Shown here one piece after another: positions 19,206 through 29,000 of a DNA stretch of 64,000 bases. A model generated the notes under the pieces. It saw only the letters and a list, made by a program, of their open reading frames with translations, made no database searches and was not told where the DNA came from. Location: contig JBDHAC010000006.1 of assembly GCA_039588275.1 (NCBI GenBank), positions 32,001 through 96,000 on the forward strand, given 5' to 3'. The position numbers and the translations under genes were made by a program. Source of the DNA: Gemmatimonadota bacterium. GTDB lineage: Bacteria; Gemmatimonadota; Gemmatimonadetes; Palauibacterales; Palauibacteraceae. Each line of letters opens with the position of its first letter. Within the stretch, counting starts at the first letter, position 1.

Positions 19206-20175
19206 AGCGAATGCGCGGGTCCACGACCGCGTACAGCAGGTCGGCCACCAGGTTGCCGGCGATCACCAGCGCGGCGAACAGGAAGCTCCCCGCCAGAACG
19301 ACCGGGTAGTCGCGGGCCAGGATCGCGTCGTGCATCAGGCGACCCATGCCGGGCCACGAGAACACCACCTCGATCACGACCGCGCCGCCGAACAGGATCG
19401 GCAGGAAGAGTCCCAGCAGGCTAACGACCGGGATGAGCGCGTTTCGGAGCGCGTGCACGAGGACCACGCGTCTCTCGCCGAGACCCTTCGCGCGCGCCGT
19501 GCGAATGTAGTCCTGCCCGATCACCTCCAGCATCGAGCCCCGCATGTACCGGGCGACCGCCGCCGCCGACGCGATCCCGAGCGCGATCGTCGGGAGGACC
19601 AGGTGTCGGGCCCGATCCGTGATCCGGCCTCCCAAGCCCAACGCGTCGTAATCCAGGCTCTGCATGCCCGAGATCGGTAGCCTCGCTCCATCGGGCACGA
19701 CGCTCGATGAGACGAGCAGGATCAGCATGAGACCGAGCCAGAAGCCGGGCATCGAGTAGATGAACAGCGCCGCGAAGGTGAGCGAATGATCCAGCGCCGA
19801 GTATTGGCGGATCGCCTGCACGATCCCCACCGCGCAGCCGAGAACGAAGATCAGCGCGAGCGACACTCCGCCGAGCAGAAGCGTGTTCGGGAGCGCATCC
19901 GCGAGCACGGCGGTCACGGGCCTGAACTGACTGAAGCTGTACCCGAAGTCCCCGGTCAGGAAGCTGCCGAGCCAGCGCACGTATTGCTCGTGCAACGGGC
20001 GATCCAGGCCGAAGTTCCGACGCATTTGCTCGATCACTTCGGGGCTGACGTTGGGGTTGAAGAACGCGGCGGTCGGATCTCCGGGGGCGAGGTGGAGGAG
20101 TACGAACAGGAGGGTCACGATCCCCCAAAGCAGCGGGATCGCGCCTATCAGCCGGCCGATGAAGTAGCGGAGCAG
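19198..20175 (-). CDS. Peptide ABC transporter permease (OppB/DppB-like), probable CTG start
   Basis: PGDP, GDFGYS and DYIRTARAKGL motifs. The typical OppB N-terminus (M)LRYFIGRL begins at CTG 20175; the first canonical start is GTG 20118. Confidence 0.9.
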   Translation of the reverse strand: MLRYFIGRLIGAIPLLWGIVTLLFVLLHLAPGDPTAAFFNPNVSPEVIEQMRRNFGLDRPLHEQYVRWLGSFLTGDFGYSFSQFRPVTAVLADALPNTLLLGGVSLALIFVLGCAVGIVQAIRQYSALDHSLTFAALFIYSMPGFWLGLMLILLVSSSVVPDGARLPISGMQSLDYDALGLGGRITDRARHLVLPTIALGIASAAAVARYMRGSMLEVIGQDYIRTARAKGLGERRVVLVHALRNALIPVVSLLGLFLPILFGGAVVIEVVFSWPGMGRLMHDAILARDYPVVLAGSFLFAALVIAGNLVADLLYAVVDPRIRYE

Positions 20176-20203
20176 CGAACCCCCTCAGTTCTTCAGTTGC
20201 CTG

Positions 20204-21874
20204 CTAAGGCTGGCGCGATGGGGCGGGGGCGCGGTGATCCGGGTGGACCCACCAGTCCCGTACGCTCGTGAGCTCGCCCCGGGCATCCAGCGCGAGCCCC
20301 TGTAGCTCCCGCCGCACTCCCACCGCGTCGGTGGTGAAGTACAGGAAGGTGAACGGCTGATCCCCCCGCACGATGCGATTGTACTGCCGGTAGAGCCGCA
20401 ATCGCGTCGGTCTGTCTCGAACGGTCGGGATCGAGTCGAGCACCGGATCGAGCTCCCGGTTGCAGTAGCTCGCGAACTGGAAGATCTCGCCCAGGTGGCT
20501 GCAAGCGAACAGCGGGCGGTCATCCACCTCGAAATCCGGGTCCCACGCCAACACGACCGCGTCGAATCGCCGTTCGGGACTCGTGAGAGCGGCGGCGAGC
20601 GCACCGGACTCCCGTGTCGTCGGGGTCGCATCCACTCCGATCGCACTCAGCTGACTCTGGACGATCACCGCGATGTCCTGGTTCACCTGCCGATCGTTCG
20701 TCGAGAGCTCGAAGCTGAGCTCGTTACCGGCGCGGTCGCGCACTCCGTCGCCGTTCGAGTCTGTCCAGCCCGAAGATTCCAGCAGCCCGGCGGCCCGCTC
20801 GGGATCGTATGGAAGAGGCGCCAGGTCGGCCTCGTGCGCCCAATGCCATGGCCCGATCGGACCGTTGGCGACGCGTCCCAGCCCGTTCCGCACAGCGCGT
20901 ACGAGGGCTGGCCGATCGATCGCCATCGTGAGCGCGCGCCGCACGGCCCGGCTACGAAAGATCGGCCGCTGCCCGTTCCACACGATGAACGTGTAGGAAC
21001 GGATGGGGAACGTCCTGACCTCCAGGTCGGCGTTCGCCTCGATCCGCTCTATCTGCGAGGGCGGCAGATCGCGCAGCATGTGGACCGAGCCCGTTCGCAG
21101 CTCGGCGAACAGCGTCGCCTCGTCCGGGACGGCCCGGTAGACGAGCCGGTCCAGGTAGGGTCTGCCTCCCAACGCGTTAGGGAAACCCTCGTTCGCTTCG
21201 AACACCCAGCGGTCACCGGGAAGCCGCTCGACGAACCGGAAGGGTCCGTTTCCGACGGGGGCCTCGGTCCCGAACGGGTCTCGCCCGAGCTCCTCCGGTG
21301 GAATCTCGCCCAGCAGGTGTGCCGGCATGATCGGAAGCTGCGTCCACCCGTACAGGAAACCGGCGTGCGGACGCAGCACGAAGCGAATGTTGTACGGACC
21401 GAGGATCTCGGCCCCTTCCCATTGATCGAACCACTCGCGGTTCGGGAAGGCGGTGCTGGGCTCCTTGAGGCGCTCGAAGGTGAACGCCACATCGCGGGCC
21501 GTCGTGGAAACGCCGTCGTGCCATCGTACGTCGTTTCGGAGGTGAAACACGACCTGGGTGCTGTCCTGGTTCAGCTCCCAGGACTCGGCGAGGTAGGGCT
21601 CCTCCTGCATGTCGGCGTCGTGACGGAGGAGCGTCATGAGGAGCACGTGCTTCTGGAACTCCGCGGCGAGCTGCCCGGTAGTGGCGGCGGGGTTCATGGT
21701 CACGACGTCCGCGACCCCGCCCACGACCGCCGTGCCGCCGAATCGCTCCGACTCGGCCACGGGCGGCAACGGGGGAACCTCGGGTGGTTCCGCCCGGTCA
21801 CCGCACCCCGAGCCCAGCAGGGTGAGCCACACGCAGAGCGTGCAGGAACGTAGCGGCGCCCACGCGTCCCTCAT
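20204..21874 (-). CDS. Peptide ABC transporter substrate-binding lipoprotein (family 5)
   Basis: Lipobox LGSGC, LAESW, WHDG, GNGPF and VRRAL.MAIDR; AGGAGG SD. Confidence 0.92.
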   Translation of the reverse strand: MRDAWAPLRSCTLCVWLTLLGSGCGDRAEPPEVPPLPPVAESERFGGTAVVGGVADVVTMNPAATTGQLAAEFQKHVLLMTLLRHDADMQEEPYLAESWELNQDSTQVVFHLRNDVRWHDGVSTTARDVAFTFERLKEPSTAFPNREWFDQWEGAEILGPYNIRFVLRPHAGFLYGWTQLPIMPAHLLGEIPPEELGRDPFGTEAPVGNGPFRFVERLPGDRWVFEANEGFPNALGGRPYLDRLVYRAVPDEATLFAELRTGSVHMLRDLPPSQIERIEANADLEVRTFPIRSYTFIVWNGQRPIFRSRAVRRALTMAIDRPALVRAVRNGLGRVANGPIGPWHWAHEADLAPLPYDPERAAGLLESSGWTDSNGDGVRDRAGNELSFELSTNDRQVNQDIAVIVQSQLSAIGVDATPTTRESGALAAALTSPERRFDAVVLAWDPDFEVDDRPLFACSHLGEIFQFASYCNRELDPVLDSIPTVRDRPTRLRLYRQYNRIVRGDQPFTFLYFTTDAVGVRRELQGLALDARGELTSVRDWWVHPDHRAPAPSRQP

Positions 21875-22024
21875 CGTCCTCCTCCTCCCGACCCCAACGT
21901 CGTCGAAATGACGCCTCACGACGCCCCGCATATGCCTCATACAATATGCTCTCCCGACCGCGGCGCGTATATGCCCCGGGGAACGCGGAGCACCGGAGGG
22001 TGCACTCGCTAACCGAGCACCTGC

Positions 22025-23668
22025 TCAGGGAGGCGAGCTCCAGCGCCAGCGTGGGAGCGTCACCAGCTCGCCCCTCGCGTCCATCTCGACCCCGTCCAGC
22101 TCCTTCCGCACCCCTGCCAGCTCGTCGTTCCAGAACAAGAGCGTGATCGGCTGGTCCGCTTGCACGATCTCCGCGAAGCGGCGCCAGATGGAGATGGCCT
22201 CGGCGGCGTCGAGCGTGCGCGCGCCCAGATCCATGAGACTGTCCGCAGCGGGATTCGAGTACGAGCTCCGGTTCGCGCTTCCCTCCACGGCCAGCTGGCT
22301 GGAGTGGAACAGGGGGCGCGGGTCGACACGGAAGTTGTCCAGGACCCAGTTGGTGAGCACGGCGTCGAAGTCGCGGGCGCGGTGCAAACCGAGGACGGTC
22401 TGCCACTCCAGGAGGCGCGCTTCGACCTCGACGCCGATCCGGGCGAGCTGAGCCTGTACCACCTGCAGGAGATCTCCGAACACCGGGTTTCGCTGGCTCG
22501 CCAGCAACTGGAAGCGCAGCGGCCGGCCGGCGCGCTCACGCACGCCATCGCCGTCTGCATCGCGCCAGCCGAGGCCCTCGAAGATGGCCGCGGCGGAGTC
22601 TGGAGCGTACGGGAGAGGCTCCAGGGAGGGCGCGTACGGGTGCCATGGCGGGATCACGCTGCTCGCCGGCTGACCGAGCCCCCGCAGGATCGCGTCGAGT
22701 AGCTCCTCGCGGTCGATCGCCATCGCGAGCGCGCGACGTGCCTCCGGCTCGCGGAACGGCTCACGAAGCGTGTTCCATCCGATGTACGTGAACTGGCGCC
22801 ACGGGAAGGAGAGGAGCTCGACACCGGAGGCTTCGCGAACGCGCTCGGCATCTTGCGGCGCCAGCGGACCATCCACGTGAATATCTCCTCGCAGGAGCTC
22901 CGCCAGCCGTGTGGTCCGCTCGGGCAGGAAGCGGTAGACCACCCGCTCGATCTCGGCGGGCCCACCCAGCGACGCCGGGAAGCGGGGGACGCGCTCCAGA
23001 GAGAGCGCCTGGCCCACATCCCAGCGCACGAAACGATACGGACCGCTCCCCAACGGGGCGCGCCCGAACGGATCGCGCGCGAGATCCTCGGGAGGGACCG
23101 ACTCGAGCAGGTGCTTCGGCACGGGTGGCCAGAAGAAATCCTCCAGCGGCTCTGCGTGCGGTGCCGTGAAGGTGAAGCGGATCCGATGCGAATCGAGCAC
23201 CGTCGCGGTCTCGACGTTCGACAGATACGCCGCCCCGAGCGGCGAGGCGACAGCGGGGTTCTTGGCGAGATCGAAGGTGAACTTCACGTCCTCGGCCGTG
23301 ACCGGCGGGCCGTCGTGCCAGGTCAAGTCGCGGCGGAGCTCGAACGTGACGTTCGTTTCCGAGAGCGTCCACCTCTCCGCCAGCCATGGTCGCACGTTGA
23401 ACGAGGCGTCGTAGGTGACGAGCGGCGTGAACAGCAGCGAATAGATGAGGTCGTTGGCGTTCTGATCCGTGCTCACGACCGGGTTCAGCGTCTGCAGCTC
23501 CGCGGCGTACCCGAGCACGAGAGATGTCGGCCGCGTCGCACCCGAGTTGCCGGCATCGCCGCAGGCGAAGAGCGCGATCGGCGCGAACAGGAACGTCGCC
23601 GCGCGCCGCGCGCGGAGTAGGGATGCTGACCGCCTGCTGGGCTCCAGGTGCCCCGAAGTGTCGCTCAC
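22025..23668 (-). CDS. Second peptide ABC substrate-binding lipoprotein (family 5)
   Basis: Lipobox LFAC, LAERW, WHDG and GSGPY; start approximate (GTG 23668). Confidence 0.88.
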   Translation of the reverse strand: MSDTSGHLEPSRRSASLLRARRAATFLFAPIALFACGDAGNSGATRPTSLVLGYAAELQTLNPVVSTDQNANDLIYSLLFTPLVTYDASFNVRPWLAERWTLSETNVTFELRRDLTWHDGPPVTAEDVKFTFDLAKNPAVASPLGAAYLSNVETATVLDSHRIRFTFTAPHAEPLEDFFWPPVPKHLLESVPPEDLARDPFGRAPLGSGPYRFVRWDVGQALSLERVPRFPASLGGPAEIERVVYRFLPERTTRLAELLRGDIHVDGPLAPQDAERVREASGVELLSFPWRQFTYIGWNTLREPFREPEARRALAMAIDREELLDAILRGLGQPASSVIPPWHPYAPSLEPLPYAPDSAAAIFEGLGWRDADGDGVRERAGRPLRFQLLASQRNPVFGDLLQVVQAQLARIGVEVEARLLEWQTVLGLHRARDFDAVLTNWVLDNFRVDPRPLFHSSQLAVEGSANRSSYSNPAADSLMDLGARTLDAAEAISIWRRFAEIVQADQPITLLFWNDELAGVRKELDGVEMDARGELVTLPRWRWSSPP

Positions 23669-23712
23669 CGGCCGAACGTACGGACCCCGGATCGCGGGAG
23701 AAAGCAGCGAGG

Positions 23713-24669
23713 TTACCGGCGCCAGGTCCACTCCGGCGTCCGGTACTTGTCCGCGACCAGCCTGCGGGCTTCCGCCTCGAGCGCGCGGTCGTGCACCGCG
23801 TCGAGCGCAGCCCGCTCCGGTCGGCAACCGAACTCTTCGCTGAAGGCGTCCGTGAGCGTCCGGACGAGATCGACGGGTGCCGGCAGCCCGCGCACCAGCT
23901 CCGAAAGCCCGATCGCGGCCCGCTCCGCGCGATCGGCATCCCGGGCGTGAAGGTCTCCCCGTCCCTGCTCGTTCAGCAGCAGGATCGACCCATGTTGGAG
24001 AAGGGCGCCTCCGTGCCTCCATTGGGCGCTCCCCACGAGCTTGCGGCCCCGCGCGGTGACCTCACCGGGTGCCGGCGCCTGGAAGCAGGGCTGCGGTCCG
24101 AGGGCTCCGTGGGACGCGTTTCCCGGGCGAGGTCCGCGGAGGGGCGAGCCGCGGGCCCGGCCCTCCGACGCGAAACCCGGCTCTACATCGAAGGCAGGGT
24201 CATCGAAACCGGGGTGTGGGTCGAGCGCTGCGCCGAGCGAGGTGAGTCCGCGGCGGAGGGCCCGGTTGATCCGCTGGTACAGCCTGCGGGGGCCGCCCCA
24301 TAGCCGGTCGGGAACCGTCACGCTGTAGGTCAGCTCACGGCTGTGGTACACGGAGCGTCCACCGGTCGGGCGCCGTACCACCGTTTCCCCAGCCTGAAGC
24401 TCTTCACGCAACCTGCCCTGGACGCGGTCCGGTGTCGATTGGTTGCGGCCGAGAGACAGACAGCCCGGTTCCCACGCGTAGAAGCGCAGCGTCGCCGCAC
24501 CGGCGCGCGCGCCGGCCATCAGCGCTTCATCCACCGCCATGTTCCAGGCTCCGTCGCCCGGTCCGTCGATGCGAAGGTCGAAGCGCGTGGGAACCGCGGC
24601 GGGATCGGTGAGTGTGCGGTGCGTGGGTCGACCGTGTGTCGCGGCTAGTCGCCGTCCGGGAAGCTCCAC
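23713..24669 (-). CDS. Lipoate-protein ligase/octanoyltransferase family protein (LplA/LipM-like)
   Basis: NMAVDEAL, LSLGRNQ, VRRPTGGRSVYH, KLVGSAQ and LQHGSI; the nearest canonical start is GTG 24669, overlapping the end of gcvPB. Confidence 0.88.
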   Translation of the reverse strand: MELPGRRLAATHGRPTHRTLTDPAAVPTRFDLRIDGPGDGAWNMAVDEALMAGARAGAATLRFYAWEPGCLSLGRNQSTPDRVQGRLREELQAGETVVRRPTGGRSVYHSRELTYSVTVPDRLWGGPRRLYQRINRALRRGLTSLGAALDPHPGFDDPAFDVEPGFASEGRARGSPLRGPRPGNASHGALGPQPCFQAPAPGEVTARGRKLVGSAQWRHGGALLQHGSILLLNEQGRGDLHARDADRAERAAIGLSELVRGLPAPVDLVRTLTDAFSEEFGCRPERAALDAVHDRALEAEARRLVADKYRTPEWTWRR

Positions 24670-26129
24670 CGCACGTCCAGGTGACGGCCGGCACCCCCTT
24701 CGTCGAGACGGCGTACGGGGGTCTCGTGCGGCGCTTCGGTCACCAGCTCGGGGGTCTCGGCGGCCTCGCGCGCGATGGCCAGCAACGCGTCGGCGAACCG
24801 GTCCAGCTCTTCCTTCGTCTCGGTCTCCGTCGGCTCGGTCATGAGCGCCTCCGAGACCGTGAGCGGGAAGTAGACGGTGGGGGCATGGAAACCGTAGTCG
24901 AGGAGCCGCTTGGCCACATCCAGCGTCTTGACCCCGTATTCCTTCTTCAGGCGATCGCCCGTGTACACCGACTCGTGCATCCCGCGCCCGTAGGGCAGGG
25001 GGTAGGTGTCGACCAATCGTGCGCTCAGGTACGCGTTGTTGAGCACGGCCGCGTCGGCGGTGGCGCGGATCCCCTCGACACCCAGCATCCGGATGTAGGT
25101 GTAGGCGCGCACGAGCACGCCGAAGTTGCCGTTGAATCCGTGCACCTTCCCGATCGATTCCGGTGCGTCCCAGTCCCACGCGAAGCGGTCCTCGAGGCTC
25201 ACGACTCGCGGGATCGGGAGGAACTTCGTGAGGTGATCCTTGACCGCGACCGGTCCCGAGCCGGGTCCGCCGCCGCCATGCGGCGTGCTGAAGGTCTTGT
25301 GCAGGTTGAAGTGCACGATGTCGTAGCCCGTGTCGCCCGGGCGGGTGACGCCCATCATCGCGTTCAGGTTGGCGCCGTCCATGTACATCAACCCACCCGC
25401 CTCGTGCACGCGCCGACTGATCTCCTCCACCTCCGACTCGAAGCGGCCGAGCGTGTTGGGATTGGTGAGCATCATCCCGGCGGTCTCGTCGGACAGGGCG
25501 GCCGAAAGCGATTCCAGGTCCGTTCGCCCCGCGTCGTTGGAAGCGATCTCGACGACCTCGAATCCCGCCAGCGCGCAGGTGGCCGGGTTTGTCCCGTGCG
25601 CCGAGTCGGGGACCAGGACCTTGCGCCGCCCACCCTCGCCGTTGGCGCGGTGATACGCGCGCATCAGCATGACCCCCGTCATCTCGCCCTGTGCCCCCGC
25701 CGCGGGCTGTAGCGTCACGGCATCCATGCCGGAGATCTCGCGCAGGATCTCGGCGAGCTCGTACATGAGCCGCAGGGCGCCCTGCGTGGCCTCCGAAGGC
25801 GTCAGCGGGTGGAGACCCGCGAACAGGGGCAACCGGGCCGTCGCCTCGTTCACCTTCGGGTTGTACTTCATCGTGCACGAACCGAGCGGGTAGAGCGCCC
25901 GATCCACGTGGTGGTTCTTGAGCGAGAGCTCGGTGTAATGGCGCACCACCTCGTGCTCCGGGATCTCCGGCAGGCGCGGCGGCGTCGAGCGGAGCAGCTC
26001 GGGGGGCAACAGCTCCTCCAGGGGCCGCGTCGGGACATCCGGCGTAGGCACCGACGTGCCTCGTCGTCCGGCGCGAGATCTCTCGAACACGGTGGGCGTG
26101 TGCTCGCCCTTGAACGGGAATCGGCTCAT
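24645..26129 (-). CDS. gcvPB: Glycine dehydrogenase (decarboxylating) subunit 2
   Basis: YPLGSCTMKYNP, QPAAGAQGE and HFNLHKTFSTPHGGGGPG. Confidence 0.97.
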   Translation of the reverse strand: MSRFPFKGEHTPTVFERSRAGRRGTSVPTPDVPTRPLEELLPPELLRSTPPRLPEIPEHEVVRHYTELSLKNHHVDRALYPLGSCTMKYNPKVNEATARLPLFAGLHPLTPSEATQGALRLMYELAEILREISGMDAVTLQPAAGAQGEMTGVMLMRAYHRANGEGGRRKVLVPDSAHGTNPATCALAGFEVVEIASNDAGRTDLESLSAALSDETAGMMLTNPNTLGRFESEVEEISRRVHEAGGLMYMDGANLNAMMGVTRPGDTGYDIVHFNLHKTFSTPHGGGGPGSGPVAVKDHLTKFLPIPRVVSLEDRFAWDWDAPESIGKVHGFNGNFGVLVRAYTYIRMLGVEGIRATADAAVLNNAYLSARLVDTYPLPYGRGMHESVYTGDRLKKEYGVKTLDVAKRLLDYGFHAPTVYFPLTVSEALMTEPTETETKEELDRFADALLAIAREAAETPELVTEAPHETPVRRLDEGGAGRHLDVRWSFPDGD

Positions 26130-26196
26130 CGCCGGGTGTCCGCGTCAGTGGCAGACCGCTCGAGAGCTCGGGCGGGCCGGCGGCGCATGGAGTGGC

Positions 26197-26889
26197 TCAA
26201 AACTCGTACGCTCCCCCCGCTGCGAGCGGGACGACCTCTGCGGTTGATCCCACGCGGCCTCGGAACGCCTCCGGATCCTGCTCGATCATATCGAAGGTGT
26301 CGTAATGGATCGGGATGACCACCTCCGGGCGGATCATCTCGACCGCCCGCGCCGCATCCTCCGGACCCATCGTGAAGTTGTCACCGATCGGCAGCAGAGC
26401 CACATCGACCTGCCCCGCGAGCAGCTGCATGTCCGTCATCAGCGCCGTGTCGCCGGCATGGTAGATGCGCTTTCCATCCACCGACAGGAGGATGCCCGCC
26501 GGCAAAGTCGTGTAGCCCTCCGCTCCCTCCGCATCGATCTTCCCGCCGTGCAGCGCGGCGGTCAGCTTCACCCGTCCGAAGGGGAAATCGAACCCGCCAC
26601 CGATGTGGAGCGGGTGGGCGTTTTCCACGCCACGCACAGATTGCGCGTAGCTCACGATCTCGAACGTGGCGATCAGCATGGCGCCCGTCGCCGAGAGCAG
26701 GTCCCACGCGTCCGCGACGTGATCGAAGTGCCCGTGCGTCAGGAGCAGATAGTCGAGTCGGTCGTGGAAGTGCTCCGGTCCGACGTCGGCTTTCGGATTC
26801 TCGCTCAGGAAGGGATCGATCAGCAGCCGCGTGCCGTCGGCGGCCGTGATCTCGGTGCATGCGTGCCCGTGGAAGATCAGTCTACCCAT
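26197..26889 (-). CDS. Metallo-beta-lactamase-fold hydrolase (UPF0173/YtkL-like)
   Basis: THGHFDH, YHAGDT, LPIGDNFTMGP and PIHYDTF. Confidence 0.92.
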   Translation of the reverse strand: MGRLIFHGHACTEITAADGTRLLIDPFLSENPKADVGPEHFHDRLDYLLLTHGHFDHVADAWDLLSATGAMLIATFEIVSYAQSVRGVENAHPLHIGGGFDFPFGRVKLTAALHGGKIDAEGAEGYTTLPAGILLSVDGKRIYHAGDTALMTDMQLLAGQVDVALLPIGDNFTMGPEDAARAVEMIRPEVVIPIHYDTFDMIEQDPEAFRGRVGSTAEVVPLAAGGAYEF

Positions 26890-26905
26890 CTCTCATATCC
26901 TCCGG

Positions 26906-28252
26906 TCACCCCCCCGATGCTTCGGAGAGGAAGGCCACCAGGCGGTCGATATCCTCTTTGCGGTGCTTCTCCGTGAAGGCGAGCAGGAGCCCGTCCTCCA
27001 CGCCCAGGTCGGGCATCCTCGACAGGTAAACCCCCGCGAGGAGTCCTTCTTTCAATCCGTCCCGGACCACGTCCTGCCCGGGGCGCCCGGTCTTAATCAC
27101 GAACTCCCGGAAGAAGGGAGCCTCGGGGAATACGGGCTCGAGCCCGGCATCGGTGAGAGCCTCGTGCGCGTAGTGGGCGTTCTGCACCGAAACGAGCGCG
27201 ACTTCGCGAAGCCCATCGCGACCGAGCAGCGCGAGGTGTATCGTCGCGGCCAGCGCGTTAAGCCCCTGGTTCGTGCAGATGTTGCTCGTCGCCTTCTCGC
27301 GGCGGATCTGCTGCTCACGGGTCTGTAGGGTCAGCACGTAGCCGCGCCGGCCCTCGACGTCGGTCGTCGCGCCCACGATGCGTCCGGGCATCTTCCGGAT
27401 CAGCTTCCCGGTGGCGGCGAACAACCCCACCACCGGCCCGCCGAAGTTGGGCGCGTTCCCGAACGGCTGCCCCTCGGCCGCCACCAGGTCGGCTCCGCAC
27501 TCCCCGGGGGTCCTCAACAGGGCGAGGCTGAGAGGATCGGCCACCACGACGATCACGAGGGCACCGTGCTCGTGCGCCGCGGCCGCGAGCGGCTCCACAT
27601 CCTCGATCACGCCGTAGAAGTTCGGATTTTGGACGATCAGAGCGGCCGTCTCATCGTCGATCGCCTCGGCCACCGAGGCCGCGTCGACTCGCCCGTCAGA
27701 GCCGATCGGTACCCGGACGACCTCCATTTCCTGGCCGGCCAGGTAGGTGCGCAACACCCGCCGGTAGTGCTTGTGCAGCCCGCCTGCCGCCACCACGCGG
27801 TTCCGGCGAGTTGCCGACAGCGCCACGAGTACCGCTTCGGCCGCCGCCGAAGCGCCGTCGTACATGGATGCGTTCGCCACCTCCATCCCGGTGAGCTCGC
27901 ACACCATGGTCTGAAACTCGTAGATCGACTGCAGCGTGCCCTGGGCCACTTCGGGCTGGTAGGGCGTGTACGCAGTGTAGAACTCGCTCCGTCGGATCAG
28001 ATGGTCGACGGCGGCCGGGACGTGATGGTCGTAGATGCCGGCGCCGGCGAAGCTCAACAGGGGGTGGTTCTCGGAAGCGTACGAATCGAGCAGCCGTACC
28101 GCCTCCGCCTCGGAGAGCGCCGACGGCATGTTCAGCGGCTCGCTGAGGCGGATATCGGCCGGGATGTCCGAGTACAGATCGTCTACGCTCGAAACGCCCG
28201 CGGCAGCGAGCATCTCGGCGCGATCGGCGTCGCTGTGGGGAACGAACGACAT
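26906..28252 (-). CDS. gcvPA: Glycine dehydrogenase (decarboxylating) subunit 1
   Basis: EFYTAYTPYQPE, NASMYDG and REKATSNICTNQ. Confidence 0.97.
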   Translation of the reverse strand: MSFVPHSDADRAEMLAAAGVSSVDDLYSDIPADIRLSEPLNMPSALSEAEAVRLLDSYASENHPLLSFAGAGIYDHHVPAAVDHLIRRSEFYTAYTPYQPEVAQGTLQSIYEFQTMVCELTGMEVANASMYDGASAAAEAVLVALSATRRNRVVAAGGLHKHYRRVLRTYLAGQEMEVVRVPIGSDGRVDAASVAEAIDDETAALIVQNPNFYGVIEDVEPLAAAAHEHGALVIVVVADPLSLALLRTPGECGADLVAAEGQPFGNAPNFGGPVVGLFAATGKLIRKMPGRIVGATTDVEGRRGYVLTLQTREQQIRREKATSNICTNQGLNALAATIHLALLGRDGLREVALVSVQNAHYAHEALTDAGLEPVFPEAPFFREFVIKTGRPGQDVVRDGLKEGLLAGVYLSRMPDLGVEDGLLLAFTEKHRKEDIDRLVAFLSEASGG

Positions 28253-28386
28253 TTACGTTTCTCTAGCAGGCCGCTGACGGCCCGCATCTGTAGGAGCCCG
28301 GGGGCTTCGCCACCGCCGGCAGCGAAACCGAGGAGGCCGGTGCGAGCGGGAGTCCGCGCCGGACGCGGGGCTCCGGTTCGCTTGGC

Positions 28387-28785
28387 TCAGGCCTCCTCGT
28401 CCCCGATGTGTTTGCCGTAATCTTCTGCCGAGAGGAGTTCATCCAGCTGTGTGGCATCGTCCACGCGCAGCCGGATCATCCACCCCTCGCCGTACGGGTC
28501 CGTGTTGACGAGGGCCGGATCGTCTTCGAGCGCGGCGTTGATCTCGACGATCTCGCCGGCCAACGGGCTGTAGAGCTCCGAGACCGCCTTGACGGCCTCG
28601 ATCGTTCCGAACGAGTCCATGCGGGCGTACCGGTCACCTGACTCCGGGAGCTCGACATACACGACATCCCCGAGCTCTCCCTGCGCATAGTCGGTGATTC
28701 CGACGAGCACCACACCCTCTTCGTCGGTCTCGCGAACGTACTCGTGCTCCTCGGTATACTTCAGGCTGCTCGGGATTTCGGACAT
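28387..28785 (-). CDS. gcvH: Glycine cleavage system H protein
   Basis: GITDYAQGELGD, EAVKA (lipoyl Lys) and DPYGEGW. Confidence 0.97.
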   Translation of the reverse strand: MSEIPSSLKYTEEHEYVRETDEEGVVLVGITDYAQGELGDVVYVELPESGDRYARMDSFGTIEAVKAVSELYSPLAGEIVEINAALEDDPALVNTDPYGEGWMIRLRVDDATQLDELLSAEDYGKHIGDEEA

Positions 28786-29000
28786 CTTCGCCTCGTTCTT
28801 TTTCCGACCCGCTTTCCGTCATTCAGGAAGGCCGGGGGGTGAGAATATCCGAGCCGTGCAGTGGAGCGTCAAGGAGCGCTGCGGGCGCGATCAGAGCCCG
28901 TGGCGGCAGGCCGCCAGGAGACCCGACACGGGCCCTCCTGGAGGCGCGGCGGCGTGAGGATTCCCGGGCAGTGGCCGACCCGTGTGCCGGCCGCCTCCGA

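Noticed and set aside
24670..25878. 721-aa ORF as a long lipoate-ligase fusion
   Set aside because: The N-terminal ~400 aa are an Arg-rich alternative frame of gcvPB.
28786..29000. Glycine riboswitch before gcvH
   Set aside because: No GGAGA...CCGAAG...CTCTCAGG aptamer motifs on the minus strand.
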